Below are positions 49,071-60,053 of a stretch of 61,593 nucleotides of DNA, one piece after another. How positions within the stretch are numbered: the first letter of the stretch is position 1; each line of letters begins with the position of its first letter. The notes beneath the pieces are model-generated. The model worked only from the letters and a program-made list of their open reading frames with translations, made no database searches and was not told where the DNA came from. The position numbers were made by a program, and so were the translations under genes. This stretch comes from a virus (taxonomy: Duplodnaviria; Caudoviricetes): the IMG/VR virus record IMGVR_UViG_3300022074_000038, positions 1 through 61,593 of that record; one strand, 5' to 3'.

Positions 49071-52000
49071 TTAGTAAAGTTGCAAGCCTTGGTCAAATTC
49101 CTTCAAGCTTTGCTCCATAAATGGAGTGTAAGTCATACCGCCGCGCATCTTTTCTGTAGTTCTACCAAAAGAACCAAGTGATCTGCGCTTTGTATCTCCA
49201 ATTATAAGTGACTTACGTGCGCCTTCTGGAAGACCTGAATTAAATCTTGCTATCTTTTCATCAACTCTGCGAACTTCTTCAAAATCGCCCTCACGGTAAG
49301 CCATGTTTCTTTGGCGCAGTAGTTTACTACGGCGACTGTTAATAGCTTCCTGTCTACGGCGATTGTTTTTATTAAACTCAAGCTGCTGTATATATGCTTG
49401 AGGTGCAAATCCTGCCGCCTGCATTACTATATTGTATGGATTTATGTCTTCTGTGATCGGATCACCACGGCGAGTTGTTGCGCCCTCTCGCGCAAACCGT
49501 TCCGCTTTTGAAAAGTTACGAAGAGCAGAGGGGGCCATAGCCTCAAGACCCCTACGTACTTCTCCACTCGCAACATCTTTTACCCCTCTACTCATAGATA
49601 AATATGTGCCAAGTACAGGGCCACCTAGCTGTTCCGCTAAAGTCCAAAGTGCATCTTGATCTTTATCAATGATCGGTGCGCGATATAGTAGGCTGTTCAT
49701 GGAAACACGATTTGCTACGTCTACACCTAATATTTCATTTGCGAGGCCACCGTATATACCCTCGCCGACTACTTTACGTGTGGCGGCTTCAAAGTCATCT
49801 TCGTCGTCATCCCTAAACAAGTTGTAGATAGCACCGAAAGTTCCCATCAACGGCATCCCACCAAGCCCTGACAGCATCCCCGTCATCACTAAAAAGTTAC
49901 GCGATCCTGCACGAGCAGCTTTCCTGCTGTCAGCTATATCTTGTGCTTTTTGTAGCGACACACCTTCGTCAGCCATAATCTTATCTACATTGGTGGTCTT
50001 AATACTCTCTTTCGCAAGACGCTCCATCATGTAATATTTACTGATTGCAAAGCGTTTAAATAAGAATAGCACGTTACCTATACCAGATTGCGCTACAATC
50101 GGGCGTCCTGCCGCCGCAGTTGCACCCAACGTAAACTCAGTATCATCAATAGCATTCTGTGCAGCCTGCTTATAGTCTGCGTCTGTTGGATTTTTATTCT
50201 TTTTGAGGAGTTTTTTAACTTCTAATAAATAAGACGCCTGTAGAGTTGCTTCCCTGTTAATGCGTTCTGAATGGTGGAACATAAAACTAGATATACGGTT
50301 CACAGATTCTAGCGGGGCGTCCCTACCAATATCTAAATTTTCTTGTGTAATAGATTGATTGAATTGAGCTTGATCCAGCCCACTCTCAACAAGAATATCC
50401 ATGCGTACATCTTTACCAAAACGCTCTAAAAGTTGTTGAGGGGTATAATTTGCGATTGTTTTACCTTGAACACCCATATTTATTTCTTGCTCTACAGGCT
50501 GACCGTCTGGGCCAGTCACCATAACAATGCGAGTAGTTGGTGCGTTCATCAAGGCTCGCATGGCATCGCCATATGCTGCTGTTGTAGCACGTATGCCATG
50601 TTTACCTGCTAAGATAGGCATGGCACTCATTGCTACGTCAAAAAACGTAATCGCTGCTGACGATAAGTTGAGGCCCATAGTCATACCGAACCCTAAGCTA
50701 GTAGCAACTTGTGACCAACGAGGTACATTTGGGCTTTGTGCAAATGTAGCGATCTTATCTAGTTTTTGCGCAGTCATCGCCGTTTCAGGATTAGTTAAAT
50801 ACCCAGCTTCTGGATCAGCTAACTTCTTGCGGAAATTTTCTATTTCTGCTGCGGAACGTAGTTGTACTAGCTGGCGGTTAAGATCGCGGCCTTTCTCTTT
50901 AAGCATTGTATATGCGTCAAATTCTTGACCAAGGATACCTGTCGGTGTCGTATCCCCGATAAAACCTCGTATACCTTTACGCCGCCTAAAGTTCTGCATA
51001 AACGACCGCTCGGGCATTGCATCAAGCGCAAGGTCCACAAGCTGCTGCATAGCCTGTTTATAATCTTCATCCGAATTAAAGTTTTCGCGTTGCAGTTGTA
51101 CAGTTTCTAAAACATTACGTACAAAGCTAGTGGATGGCGCACGTTCAAAGTTCATAGCTCTTGAAGCTTCAGTAACTTCTACATCCGTACCGCCCACTTT
51201 GGAAACCATATCTCTGGCTTGCTGCGCTTTGCGTAGGGTCGGGTAATATTCTACGTACAGCTCTGGTTGTCCTGTATCTGGATCAGGCGCAGTATACACC
51301 AGTCTGTAATTACCTTTACGCTGCAAGGGGAAATAAGGTCTAATTACACCGCTATCTTTTTCTAGTAACTCACGTAAACGTGCAAACGCTGTTTTACGTA
51401 CCGCTGCGTCTGGAATAGTAGCCGCGAGCCGTGCGTCTAAAGCGGCAATGATGTCATCGTAAGTATCTTGGAAGTAATTACGTAGTTGTCTATATAGTTC
51501 CTGACCTTTTTTATCCATACTCAGGTACTGCTTGCGTAGCTGTTTATATTCAGCCATGCGTTGCTTATCATCTTTAAAAGTAGCTGTGTATTTTTTATCA
51601 GTGCGGGATGGATCTACTTTTAAATAAGTGCTTCGCGGAATTATATTATCTAATGTTCTAGCGTGATTTTTGTTTTTACGTTGCCATTGCTTTAAATCAT
51701 ACGTCATTGAACCTAGAATTTCGGTCTTTTCCCTAAGCCGACCACTCATGCGATTAATGATAGTATTTAATTCTTTAGCAAACGGTATCTTATCTTGTGC
51801 TTTTTCGGTTAAAATATTTACGGGTAGCACGTTTAAATACCAGCTTTTAGCAGTTTTAGCTATTCCTTCGTTAAACATAACATCCGATGCATCTAAAACT
51901 TTGTCTTTAACATCAAAATTAGACATGCTTTGTAAGAGGCGTGAACTACCTTCTTTTGTGCCTGCTTCTAGGAGTATATCTGGCGCTGCGCGTGTTGCGG

Positions 52001-55000
52001 GTGAGGGAGCCAACATCCCCTGTATAACCCGATCTATCTCTGTTAGCGCGCTTGGTGATGGAGATAAACGTAACACTTTACGAATGACACGCATAACAGC
52101 ATCGTAATACTTCTCTATGCCTGATCGCTTACCGCCATCTACTCGAAGAAGCGTAAGTGCGCTTCTAAACTCGGGATTACCTTGAGACTCAGCTACAAAC
52201 TCGTCCAAGTTTTTTGTGCCGTATACTTCACCAAATTGCTCACGCGCTGCGTTAAGCAATGCTTGTAATTGTTTCGTCTCTGGTAATGAGGGGTTAGCTA
52301 TTGCAGCAGAAGTAGCCGCATGTGACATCTCGTGCAGTATAGTATGCACATTCATGCCACGGTTTGCGTCGATCTGTATCGTATTTGTTTCTGGACTAAA
52401 CAGACCAGCAGCGGTGCGCCCCACAACCTGAGACAAATCATCAACCACTTGCACTTGTGTATCACCAACAACATTTGCAAACGCTGCCGCTATCCTACGA
52501 ACATCTTCAACTTGGTTTGTTGAGGCTATAGCGTTTAACGCAAAACCTAGATCCCCACGTTGTAGTGCGTTACGAATGCTTGGAAGTAACGCTTGATCTA
52601 GCCCATGCACAGGATCAATAAGTAGGAAACCTAGCTCACTTTCAGTGTAAGCAAAACTATCATAGAAATCCATAAGCTCTTCGTCGGTTAGAGCTTTTTT
52701 AGTATTAGGGTCTATGAATACATAGTCATCTTGCTTGGGTACTTTGCGTTTCTTAAAGCCCAAACCAAGCAAGTAAGAATCAAAAGTTGTTTGACCTTTT
52801 ATAAGTTCAGTTGCACCAACCGCGCCTTCTGCTCGCATCTCTTGATCTGGTGCGGCAGGATCGCGAGTCTGTGCTTCTAGTTTAAGCGCATCAAGCTCAC
52901 GATCCATTTGTTTTTGAAACGCTCTGTCATCTTTGCGTTTGATACTTTTGGCTGCTTTAGTTACAGCAATAACCGCATCGGATGGATTAAACTTAGATGT
53001 ATCTCTACGTGCCAATACATTCGCATCGCGTGTCTTTACAAAGGCTTGACGAGACAGATTATCAAACACCCACTTCCGTGCATCCATAGCAGACTTTTGA
53101 GTCATGCCCTTGTAGAAGGCAAAGTCAGCCGTCATATCTTCAGATTTTAAATCTTCTTCTGTTTTTATGGGTTTACTATCTTTATCTAAATTATAGTCTT
53201 TTACAAAGTCCAATTTAAAAGTTTGAGTTGGCCCAATAGCACTAACCATACCCATTTCGGCGAGAGCATCAACAGGTCTACGGAACCGTTTAAAGTATAA
53301 CTTTGCGGCTTTAGCTTGCACGTCGAGTTCTTTGTCAGAGGTTTCTAGTAACTCTGCAACACCTTCTTTATCTACAGCAGTTGTGGTTTCTGGCGCAGAG
53401 CGTGGATCTAGTTGCGTGTCGTGATACTCCCGAATCTGTGGCTGCTTACCCCTATTGTTTTCAAATGTTCGCTCAATACGCGCTTGTGCTACTGCGTCTC
53501 GCTCTGCTTCTACTGCCTGTAGCTGTTCTTGTGGGACAGGCGCGGCTTGTATTAGCGGTGCAGCGGGTACTTGTACAGCCGCAGGTATAACTTGCTCTGC
53601 GGCCCCCGTCACTGTCCCGCCAATACCCGTTTTAGGTGCAGGAACTTTTAATGGTTCAGGTTGCCCTTCAGCTAAAACCGCCTTCCTTTTGTTTAATTCT
53701 TCTGGCTCTACAAGAACTTCCGCAGGTGTATCGTATCCTGATTCTTCTTTTGCATCTCTAATTTTTTGTGCATATAACTTTGGGTCGGCGGCGATACGCT
53801 TTCGCTCTGCCGCTAATGCTTCAGAATCTTTTTTTAATGCACTTGGCTGTTCTCTTGCTGGATCTAATGCACTTGGCTGTTCTCCTGCTGGATCTGTAGT
53901 TCTACCAGAAGGCAGCAGATCTGTTCCCACTCTTTTATTGTTAGGTTCAACAGGGGTTTCGGCACTGTCAATTCCACTTTGTGCCCCTGTGCTTCCATCC
54001 AAGCCTGTTCTACTACTTGGAATGCTAACTCCAGCTTTTTCTGCGATAGGTTTAACATCGGCACCTTTCAACTTATCTAGATATTCTTTAACTTTAGGTG
54101 AACTACCCCCATTCTTTACATATAATTCTAGTTCTTCACGTACTTTTGGATCATCAGAAGACAACCCTACAATGGATCGCTTTGCGCCTCTTACGATATG
54201 TGCGTATGGTTGGACGCCTAACTCTTCAACCAAAAATTCTTTTGTAACCTTGTTTTCTTCTGGTATAATTTCTGGGCTTGGTTTTGAATCAACCTGTATA
54301 TTTTCACCAGTCTGCTCGCTCTTAGCCGCCGCAGCTAAGTTTTTTCCTACTCGTTTTTTAGCTATTATTGCTTCAATAAGTTCTGGAGAATACTCTGTGT
54401 CTAGCTCTTGTCTTATAAAGTCTTCATCCAAATTAGGATCTGTGAGACGAGGATCTGTGGCTATTGCTGCTTCTACTTCTGAAGCAGAGAAAACGGATTG
54501 TTTTTTAAGGTATTCATCAGTTTTAGCCGCTGCTTTACCATCCGCATTTTCAGCTTCTCTTGTAACCGCAGCTTGTTGATTTGTGCTGGTATCTATCTCA
54601 GCCGCTGCCGCTGCTTGGGCTTCATTAGTTTCTTGTGCTTTACCTTCGGGAGGCGCAGGGTTTGCAGCGTTCCGTGCTTCGGTTTGTTGTGCTGGAGTTG
54701 CTTCGGTTTGTTGTGCTGGAGCTGCTTCGGTTTGTTGTGCTGGAGCTGCTTCGGTTTGTTGTGCTGGAGTTGTTGTATCTACGATGGGTTCTACAGCGCC
54801 AGTATCGGTATCAGTTTCAACTTCTAACGCGGCTTTCTTTTTAGCGTCTAGCGCGGCTTTCTTTTCCGCTTTTAATCTAGCTTTTCTCTCAGCCCCGGTT
54901 TCAGGAATACCTTGAAACGCACCGAATGTAGCTCGTGTACCGCCACCAATTAAACCGCCTGCGATAGCAGCTTCACGATATTCTGCGATGGCATCGTCAC

Positions 55001-55820
55001 TGTCGATGGCTAAACCAGCTTGCGCTCGCTCCATCACTTGCTGACCGACTTCTGTTAAACCTTCAGTGGTCGCACCGCCACCTGCACGGCTCGCTGTGCG
55101 AGTAAATATTGATTTGCCAAGAGGACGTAGAACACCACCCAGCAAGATCTTATCAGCTAAACCTTCAAGCGTAGCTTGTCCAAACGTAGCGGTAAGAGCG
55201 GCTCCAATATCTACACTTGTTTTTCTACCTGCTGCAACTTCGTCTTCTTGCCGTTGAATGTTGTTACCAAACAAAATCGGCGCAGTCGCTCCTGCCGCTG
55301 CCGCAACACCGACACCAAATCCTGCTAAACCTGTGGCTCCTGCTACAGCAGGCGCTAATGCCGCTGCGCCTAAACCAAGACCTAATTGAGGTATTTGTTC
55401 ACCAACAACTTGACCTGCAAAGGTGAACGCATCGCCAAAACTATCTACGTCAGTAGATTGCAGTCTTTCGGGCTGCTCAAGAAGTAATTCGCCTAGTCTT
55501 TGTCTGGCTTTTTCTTCCGTATCTTGTCCGTATTGCGCTAGAAATCCTAGTCCCGCCTGCTCTCCCGCAGTGCCTACTGTTTCACCGATTGCGCTTTTAA
55601 TTTGTTGATATCCACGGCGTAACCCACCACGAACAGCGGTTTCATCATCGGACTCAAACTCTTCCCCAAAAACAGATTGATACTTTTGCCCATAATCAAC
55701 ACGTTCACCGTCTAAATATTGACGTATTTTAACAAAATCTTCATTGCTAGGGTTATCTCCTGCAATGTTAAAGTTGTAGCTGCGCTGCGTTTGTGGGTCG
55801 GTGTATTGGTATACGCCCAT
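49071..55820 (-). CDS. Very large internal virion / DNA-ejection protein with a zincin-like motif
   Basis: 2249 aa; hydrophobic Gly/Ala N-terminal region; ILHEMSH...DEFVAE; last gene of the internal-protein cluster. Confidence 0.75.
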   Translation of the reverse strand: MGVYQYTDPQTQRSYNFNIAGDNPSNEDFVKIRQYLDGERVDYGQKYQSVFGEEFESDDETAVRGGLRRGYQQIKSAIGETVGTAGEQAGLGFLAQYGQDTEEKARQRLGELLLEQPERLQSTDVDSFGDAFTFAGQVVGEQIPQLGLGLGAAALAPAVAGATGLAGFGVGVAAAAGATAPILFGNNIQRQEDEVAAGRKTSVDIGAALTATFGQATLEGLADKILLGGVLRPLGKSIFTRTASRAGGGATTEGLTEVGQQVMERAQAGLAIDSDDAIAEYREAAIAGGLIGGGTRATFGAFQGIPETGAERKARLKAEKKAALDAKKKAALEVETDTDTGAVEPIVDTTTPAQQTEAAPAQQTEAAPAQQTEATPAQQTEARNAANPAPPEGKAQETNEAQAAAAAEIDTSTNQQAAVTREAENADGKAAAKTDEYLKKQSVFSASEVEAAIATDPRLTDPNLDEDFIRQELDTEYSPELIEAIIAKKRVGKNLAAAAKSEQTGENIQVDSKPSPEIIPEENKVTKEFLVEELGVQPYAHIVRGAKRSIVGLSSDDPKVREELELYVKNGGSSPKVKEYLDKLKGADVKPIAEKAGVSIPSSRTGLDGSTGAQSGIDSAETPVEPNNKRVGTDLLPSGRTTDPAGEQPSALDPAREQPSALKKDSEALAAERKRIAADPKLYAQKIRDAKEESGYDTPAEVLVEPEELNKRKAVLAEGQPEPLKVPAPKTGIGGTVTGAAEQVIPAAVQVPAAPLIQAAPVPQEQLQAVEAERDAVAQARIERTFENNRGKQPQIREYHDTQLDPRSAPETTTAVDKEGVAELLETSDKELDVQAKAAKLYFKRFRRPVDALAEMGMVSAIGPTQTFKLDFVKDYNLDKDSKPIKTEEDLKSEDMTADFAFYKGMTQKSAMDARKWVFDNLSRQAFVKTRDANVLARRDTSKFNPSDAVIAVTKAAKSIKRKDDRAFQKQMDRELDALKLEAQTRDPAAPDQEMRAEGAVGATELIKGQTTFDSYLLGLGFKKRKVPKQDDYVFIDPNTKKALTDEELMDFYDSFAYTESELGFLLIDPVHGLDQALLPSIRNALQRGDLGFALNAIASTNQVEDVRRIAAAFANVVGDTQVQVVDDLSQVVGRTAAGLFSPETNTIQIDANRGMNVHTILHEMSHAATSAAIANPSLPETKQLQALLNAAREQFGEVYGTKNLDEFVAESQGNPEFRSALTLLRVDGGKRSGIEKYYDAVMRVIRKVLRLSPSPSALTEIDRVIQGMLAPSPATRAAPDILLEAGTKEGSSRLLQSMSNFDVKDKVLDASDVMFNEGIAKTAKSWYLNVLPVNILTEKAQDKIPFAKELNTIINRMSGRLREKTEILGSMTYDLKQWQRKNKNHARTLDNIIPRSTYLKVDPSRTDKKYTATFKDDKQRMAEYKQLRKQYLSMDKKGQELYRQLRNYFQDTYDDIIAALDARLAATIPDAAVRKTAFARLRELLEKDSGVIRPYFPLQRKGNYRLVYTAPDPDTGQPELYVEYYPTLRKAQQARDMVSKVGGTDVEVTEASRAMNFERAPSTSFVRNVLETVQLQRENFNSDEDYKQAMQQLVDLALDAMPERSFMQNFRRRKGIRGFIGDTTPTGILGQEFDAYTMLKEKGRDLNRQLVQLRSAAEIENFRKKLADPEAGYLTNPETAMTAQKLDKIATFAQSPNVPRWSQVATSLGFGMTMGLNLSSAAITFFDVAMSAMPILAGKHGIRATTAAYGDAMRALMNAPTTRIVMVTGPDGQPVEQEINMGVQGKTIANYTPQQLLERFGKDVRMDILVESGLDQAQFNQSITQENLDIGRDAPLESVNRISSFMFHHSERINREATLQASYLLEVKKLLKKNKNPTDADYKQAAQNAIDDTEFTLGATAAAGRPIVAQSGIGNVLFLFKRFAISKYYMMERLAKESIKTTNVDKIMADEGVSLQKAQDIADSRKAARAGSRNFLVMTGMLSGLGGMPLMGTFGAIYNLFRDDDEDDFEAATRKVVGEGIYGGLANEILGVDVANRVSMNSLLYRAPIIDKDQDALWTLAEQLGGPVLGTYLSMSRGVKDVASGEVRRGLEAMAPSALRNFSKAERFAREGATTRRGDPITEDINPYNIVMQAAGFAPQAYIQQLEFNKNNRRRQEAINSRRSKLLRQRNMAYREGDFEEVRRVDEKIARFNSGLPEGARKSLIIGDTKRRSLGSFGRTTEKMRGGMTYTPFMEQSLKEFDQGLQLY
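54675..54770 (-). repeat. 4 x 24-bp tandem repeat (xPAQQTEA)
   Basis: TGCTTCGGTTTGTTGTGCTGGAGY repeated 4 times. Confidence 0.9.
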
Positions 55821-55829
55821 ATTTACCGC

Positions 55830-58037
55830 CTATGATATATCTACAGTTGTTGCTCCACTAGGACTAGCGCCAGAGCCACCCATTGCTATTTCAACAAGAG
55901 CATTACCGTAATCGATAATTTGTCGTGCCCTTGCGGCTGCATCAGCATTATCTCCTGCGCCCTCTAACATCTCTTGCCCTTGTTTTAAAAGGGTCGTGCC
56001 TCTAGTCAGCATTTGGTTAGCGTTTAACCCGCTTTTGCCTGACGCCCTTGCTTTATAAGCATCTATACGCGCTTGTAGAGTCATCATATCAGTGTCAAAT
56101 TTATTTTTTCCTGCTCGCGCTGTTTGCAAGTATTTTAAACCCGCCGTGCCAGCTTTTGATATATCTGCGGGGTTACCACTAGCCAATATAAGTCCTGATT
56201 GTGCGAGAGCTAACCACTTATCTTGTTCCGCTTGTTTTTCTCTCTTTGCAATAGCGTCTGTAATTCGAGCTTCTAAAGATCCCGCCTGTGCTGTTACCGC
56301 TTTGTTTTGCGCATTGGTGTTCTGTTGTTCTCGTGCGATAAGATCTCTAACTTGCTGCGCGGCTAACTCTGAATTTTTTGTTGCTTGCCTTGCTTTAGCA
56401 GATGCAGGGTCAGCGAGTATTGCATCAAAATTAACTGGTTCGCTGCCAACGCCTACGGTATCGGCGTCAAAAGCGGCTGATTCTTTTCGGTTTTTTCTTG
56501 TAGTAGCAGCGTCTTTAACTACCCCCACAACGTCTCTTGCGACAGTCTTAGCGGCGTCCAGTGCTGCGCCTGCGCGTTGTCCTACTGACCCTTCATCTGC
56601 TTTATTTAAGTCGTCTAAAGCTTGCTGTTGAGCCTCGTTTGCTGCATCAAATTCTGCTTGGACCTCTGCGTCCTCTGCGGCAAACTTTTTATTTGCTTTA
56701 GCTTCTTGGCCTTGTTGTTCCTCAAGATATAGACGATTTGAAAACGCATCCATCTCAGATTCAGGCGCTTCTTCATACGCAGCTAAAATCCTTGGATCAG
56801 CTATACCAGAATAAATATCCTGTCCTCCATAAAGATCTTTATAGACATCCTTTGGCGCTGTAAATTGATCATCACTATAATAATCTTTTACACGATCTCT
56901 AAGATCGTCTATTGCAGGTCTTTGACTTTTTAAAGGCCCTGTGTCCCCAATGTAATCCAAATTTCCTTGGCTTACAGTAGCTAGTGGAAGGCCAAAAGCG
57001 CGTCTAGGATCGCCTGATTGCGGAGAAGGCACGTCAAACTTTGAACCTTGCAGTGCTTCAAACCCAAAACCTACATCGTCACGCGCTAGAAAATCCCTAA
57101 TGGCTTCTTGGTTTGAAACTCCTGTAATTGCGTCTAAAGCTGGATCTCCGCTCTCACTATCAATAACGTCTGGCATTTGTGGGGCGCTTAATCCTCTTGG
57201 TACAGTAGTTTCCTCCCGTGATAGAAAATCAGGGCGAATATCAGGAACGGTATATGAGTCTGCGCCTTCAAGATCAACGTACTCTAATGCTAACCCGGGA
57301 TCGTTTCTTTGTACAGTGCCTCTTGTTAGATACTCTACAGGAGCGCCTTCAGCAAACACTGGATCGTCTTCACTTTTTGCTCGTAAGGTAGATAAAGCTT
57401 GCGCCCGTGCGTCCAACGCTCTTTGCGGTTGAGATTCAGCTATACCTCTTTGCATTTTGTCAACCGCACGATTAGACGGATTAACCATACTAAAAGTTTT
57501 TTCAAAAAGACTAGGCTGTCTTTCTACTCCCTCTAAACCTGTTTGTTTAGGCTCCATTGCAGTCGGGATCATATATTCCGCTATCACAGCAAGCTGTTCT
57601 GGGTCGTCTTTATTCGTCTCGTAAATTTCTGGGAAGCGTTCTTTTAATAGCTGTATTTTAGATTGTACCTGACCCCCCGGAGCTAGACGCACAATACCGC
57701 CTTCAGCCATCATTTGCGGTTGTGGCGCTTGGGTAGCAGCCCGTGGCATCATATCACCCATGCCAGTGTTCTGCCCCATGTCAGTCTTGGGTGCTAATGC
57801 TCGTGCTGCGTCTGCTATACCACCCTGCGGCATACCCGCAGCCATGACGACTTCTTCTGCTACTGTCGGTGTATCAGCGGCTTCTCTACGAGCGTAGTCG
57901 TCCCGCATACGCTTACGCCGTTTTAGCTCAGACGTAATAAATATAGGCGCTATTTCGCCTGTAGGCATCTTCATCTGCTGGATTAACGCAGCGTCTGGTA
58001 GATCTTTAAGGGCTTCGGTTTGCTCTAAGATGTTCAT
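55830..58037 (-). CDS. Internal virion protein
   Basis: 735 aa, Ala/Gln/Asp-rich and helical; TVAEEV and MAEGG motifs. Confidence 0.65.
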   Translation of the reverse strand: MNILEQTEALKDLPDAALIQQMKMPTGEIAPIFITSELKRRKRMRDDYARREAADTPTVAEEVVMAAGMPQGGIADAARALAPKTDMGQNTGMGDMMPRAATQAPQPQMMAEGGIVRLAPGGQVQSKIQLLKERFPEIYETNKDDPEQLAVIAEYMIPTAMEPKQTGLEGVERQPSLFEKTFSMVNPSNRAVDKMQRGIAESQPQRALDARAQALSTLRAKSEDDPVFAEGAPVEYLTRGTVQRNDPGLALEYVDLEGADSYTVPDIRPDFLSREETTVPRGLSAPQMPDVIDSESGDPALDAITGVSNQEAIRDFLARDDVGFGFEALQGSKFDVPSPQSGDPRRAFGLPLATVSQGNLDYIGDTGPLKSQRPAIDDLRDRVKDYYSDDQFTAPKDVYKDLYGGQDIYSGIADPRILAAYEEAPESEMDAFSNRLYLEEQQGQEAKANKKFAAEDAEVQAEFDAANEAQQQALDDLNKADEGSVGQRAGAALDAAKTVARDVVGVVKDAATTRKNRKESAAFDADTVGVGSEPVNFDAILADPASAKARQATKNSELAAQQVRDLIAREQQNTNAQNKAVTAQAGSLEARITDAIAKREKQAEQDKWLALAQSGLILASGNPADISKAGTAGLKYLQTARAGKNKFDTDMMTLQARIDAYKARASGKSGLNANQMLTRGTTLLKQGQEMLEGAGDNADAAARARQIIDYGNALVEIAMGGSGASPSGATTVDIS

Positions 58038-60052
58038 CCTGTTAATCCTTTATACAGGCCCAACCCAGATATACCTGCCCCCAAGGCTTGCTGTATTGGA
58101 TTATATGCTTGATACGTGGCTGTACTGATATCAGGCTGTACAGGCACACCGCTAAGCAAACCAGCAAACCTTTCATATTGACGCATTGGGTAGTCTTGTT
58201 GACGTAAGAAGTCCTGATATGCGAGGTCAAGTCTTGCCTGATCTTCGCCCCTAATGTCACGACCAACAGTCTCAAGTAGCTGGGCACCCTGTATGTCTGC
58301 TGCCCTTGCTCTCTCACCGTAGTCTACAAGCCCTCTACCAGCCCCCAGAGCAGCCTGATACGCAGCCAGCCCCTGACCTGCACCAAACTGTCTTGACGCC
58401 TCTCTGGCAGATTGCACTCGCGCTCTCTCAGCGGCCTGTGCTTGTTGTACCCTAGCTGCTTCGTCAAGACTTATGCCTTGAGTTCTCGCAAGCTCCGCTG
58501 CCTCTGCCTGTTGCACCCGTGCAGCTTCATCCAAGCTAATACCTTGTGTCCTTGCAAGCTCCGCTGCCCTAGAGTTCTGAACTCTACCTGCCTCAGATAC
58601 ATCAATGCCCTGCATTCTGGCGCGTTCTGCTGCTTCTGATCCCTGTATCCTCGCGGCCTCATCTAAACTAATGCCTTGAGTTCTGGCTAATTCCGCAGCC
58701 TCTGAACGCTGTATCCTAGCAGCCTCATCCAAGCTTATACCTTGAGTTCTAGCAAGCTCTTGTGCCCGTGCGCCCTGCACTCTCGCATCTTCGCTAACGT
58801 CGATGCCTTGCACTCTCGCTCTTTCAGTAGCTTCTTGTCCTTGTACTCTTGCCGCTTCATCAAGACTAATGCCTTGAGTGCGAGCCAGTTCAGCGGCTTC
58901 TGCTTGTTGTACCCGTGCGGCTTCAGCAAGAGTAATGCCCTGTGTACGAGCAAGCTCTGACGCTCTGGCATTCTGTACTCTGCCAGCCTCACCAGCACGA
59001 CCAGCTTCCATTCTGCCGATCTCGCTAATACCAAGCCCTTGGGTTCTGCCAAGTTCTGCTGCGCGACGAGCATCAACATCCATTTGCGCTGCCCTATCAG
59101 ACTCAAACGCTCTCATTGCTTGTTGGAATGCAGCCTGACTTCCAGCCGCTTGGATATCGCCAAGTTGTTCTTGCAATCCTTCTTCTGCCATGCCTTGCTG
59201 TATGGCCTGACGAGATCCACCAAATGCTCCCGCGCTTATTGCTCCTGCATCTCTTGCTGCTTGGCTCCTGCCAAAGTCCTCACGGGCCTCACGTTTCTGA
59301 ACATCCACAACATTCTGCATGTATGGGTCCATGTACTGCTGTATTTCCGATCCACTGAACTGACGGGCTGGATCGAAATCGTATTGATCCGCAGTCTGCG
59401 CTGTAAATTGAGCTTCCCTAAAATCACTAAATGGATCAGCCCTGCCAGCTTGAAAACCTCCATAGGCATCAGCCTCTCCTGCTGTAAAACCTGTATACTC
59501 TCTACCTCTTCCCGCTGAAAAATCAGAGAACGGATCAGCACTACCAGCTACAAACCCAGAGTAGGGATCAGCAGCGCCAGCTTGAAAGCCAGTGTACTCT
59601 GTGCCCCGTTGCCTCTGAAACCCACTGAACGGATCTGCACTACCTGCTTGAAAGCCAGAGTATGGATCTGCTGATCCAGCTTGGAAGCCCATATACGGAT
59701 TAAATGCTGCCGTGTTATAATTGGCTAACCCTTCAAGACCAGCAATACCTCTACGCTGTAAGGCCGCTGCCTCACCAAGACCACCAATGGGGCTTTCAGC
59801 AATGCCACGAACCATAGCACGGGATGTGTTGATGTCACCGTAAGTGCTGGAATCGGCGAGGCGCTCACCGCCATACGGCACATAAGTAGACTGCCCCGCA
59901 AGATCCCCATAGGCAGGATCATCAGGATAGAATGGCTGTGTGGCTTCCTCAGATCCCTTCAGAAGTCTACGAAAGTACGGGTCTGCATAATCTGGCAGAC
60001 TTACTGTTCTTGTGGTGCCGCCAGCGGGTGCCTGCTGTGATCCCTTGCCCAT
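58034..60052 (-). CDS. Internal virion / pilot protein with 11-aa and 22-aa repeats
   Basis: QQYMDPY, AGAFGGSRQ, YQDFLRQQDYP; GFQAGSADPYS and AELARTQGISLDEAARVQ repeats. Confidence 0.7.
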   Translation of the reverse strand: MGKGSQQAPAGGTTRTVSLPDYADPYFRRLLKGSEEATQPFYPDDPAYGDLAGQSTYVPYGGERLADSSTYGDINTSRAMVRGIAESPIGGLGEAAALQRRGIAGLEGLANYNTAAFNPYMGFQAGSADPYSGFQAGSADPFSGFQRQRGTEYTGFQAGAADPYSGFVAGSADPFSDFSAGRGREYTGFTAGEADAYGGFQAGRADPFSDFREAQFTAQTADQYDFDPARQFSGSEIQQYMDPYMQNVVDVQKREAREDFGRSQAARDAGAISAGAFGGSRQAIQQGMAEEGLQEQLGDIQAAGSQAAFQQAMRAFESDRAAQMDVDARRAAELGRTQGLGISEIGRMEAGRAGEAGRVQNARASELARTQGITLAEAARVQQAEAAELARTQGISLDEAARVQGQEATERARVQGIDVSEDARVQGARAQELARTQGISLDEAARIQRSEAAELARTQGISLDEAARIQGSEAAERARMQGIDVSEAGRVQNSRAAELARTQGISLDEAARVQQAEAAELARTQGISLDEAARVQQAQAAERARVQSAREASRQFGAGQGLAAYQAALGAGRGLVDYGERARAADIQGAQLLETVGRDIRGEDQARLDLAYQDFLRQQDYPMRQYERFAGLLSGVPVQPDISTATYQAYNPIQQALGAGISGLGLYKGLTG

Positions 60053-60053
60053 C

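Noticed and set aside
53455-54915. 374-aa and other plus-strand ORFs inside the 2249-aa gene
   Set aside because: Antisense shadows with Ser/Ala-biased composition and no RBS.
49071-55820. N4-like virion RNA polymerase using the palindromes as hairpin promoters
   Set aside because: No recognisable single-subunit RNAP motifs in the protein.
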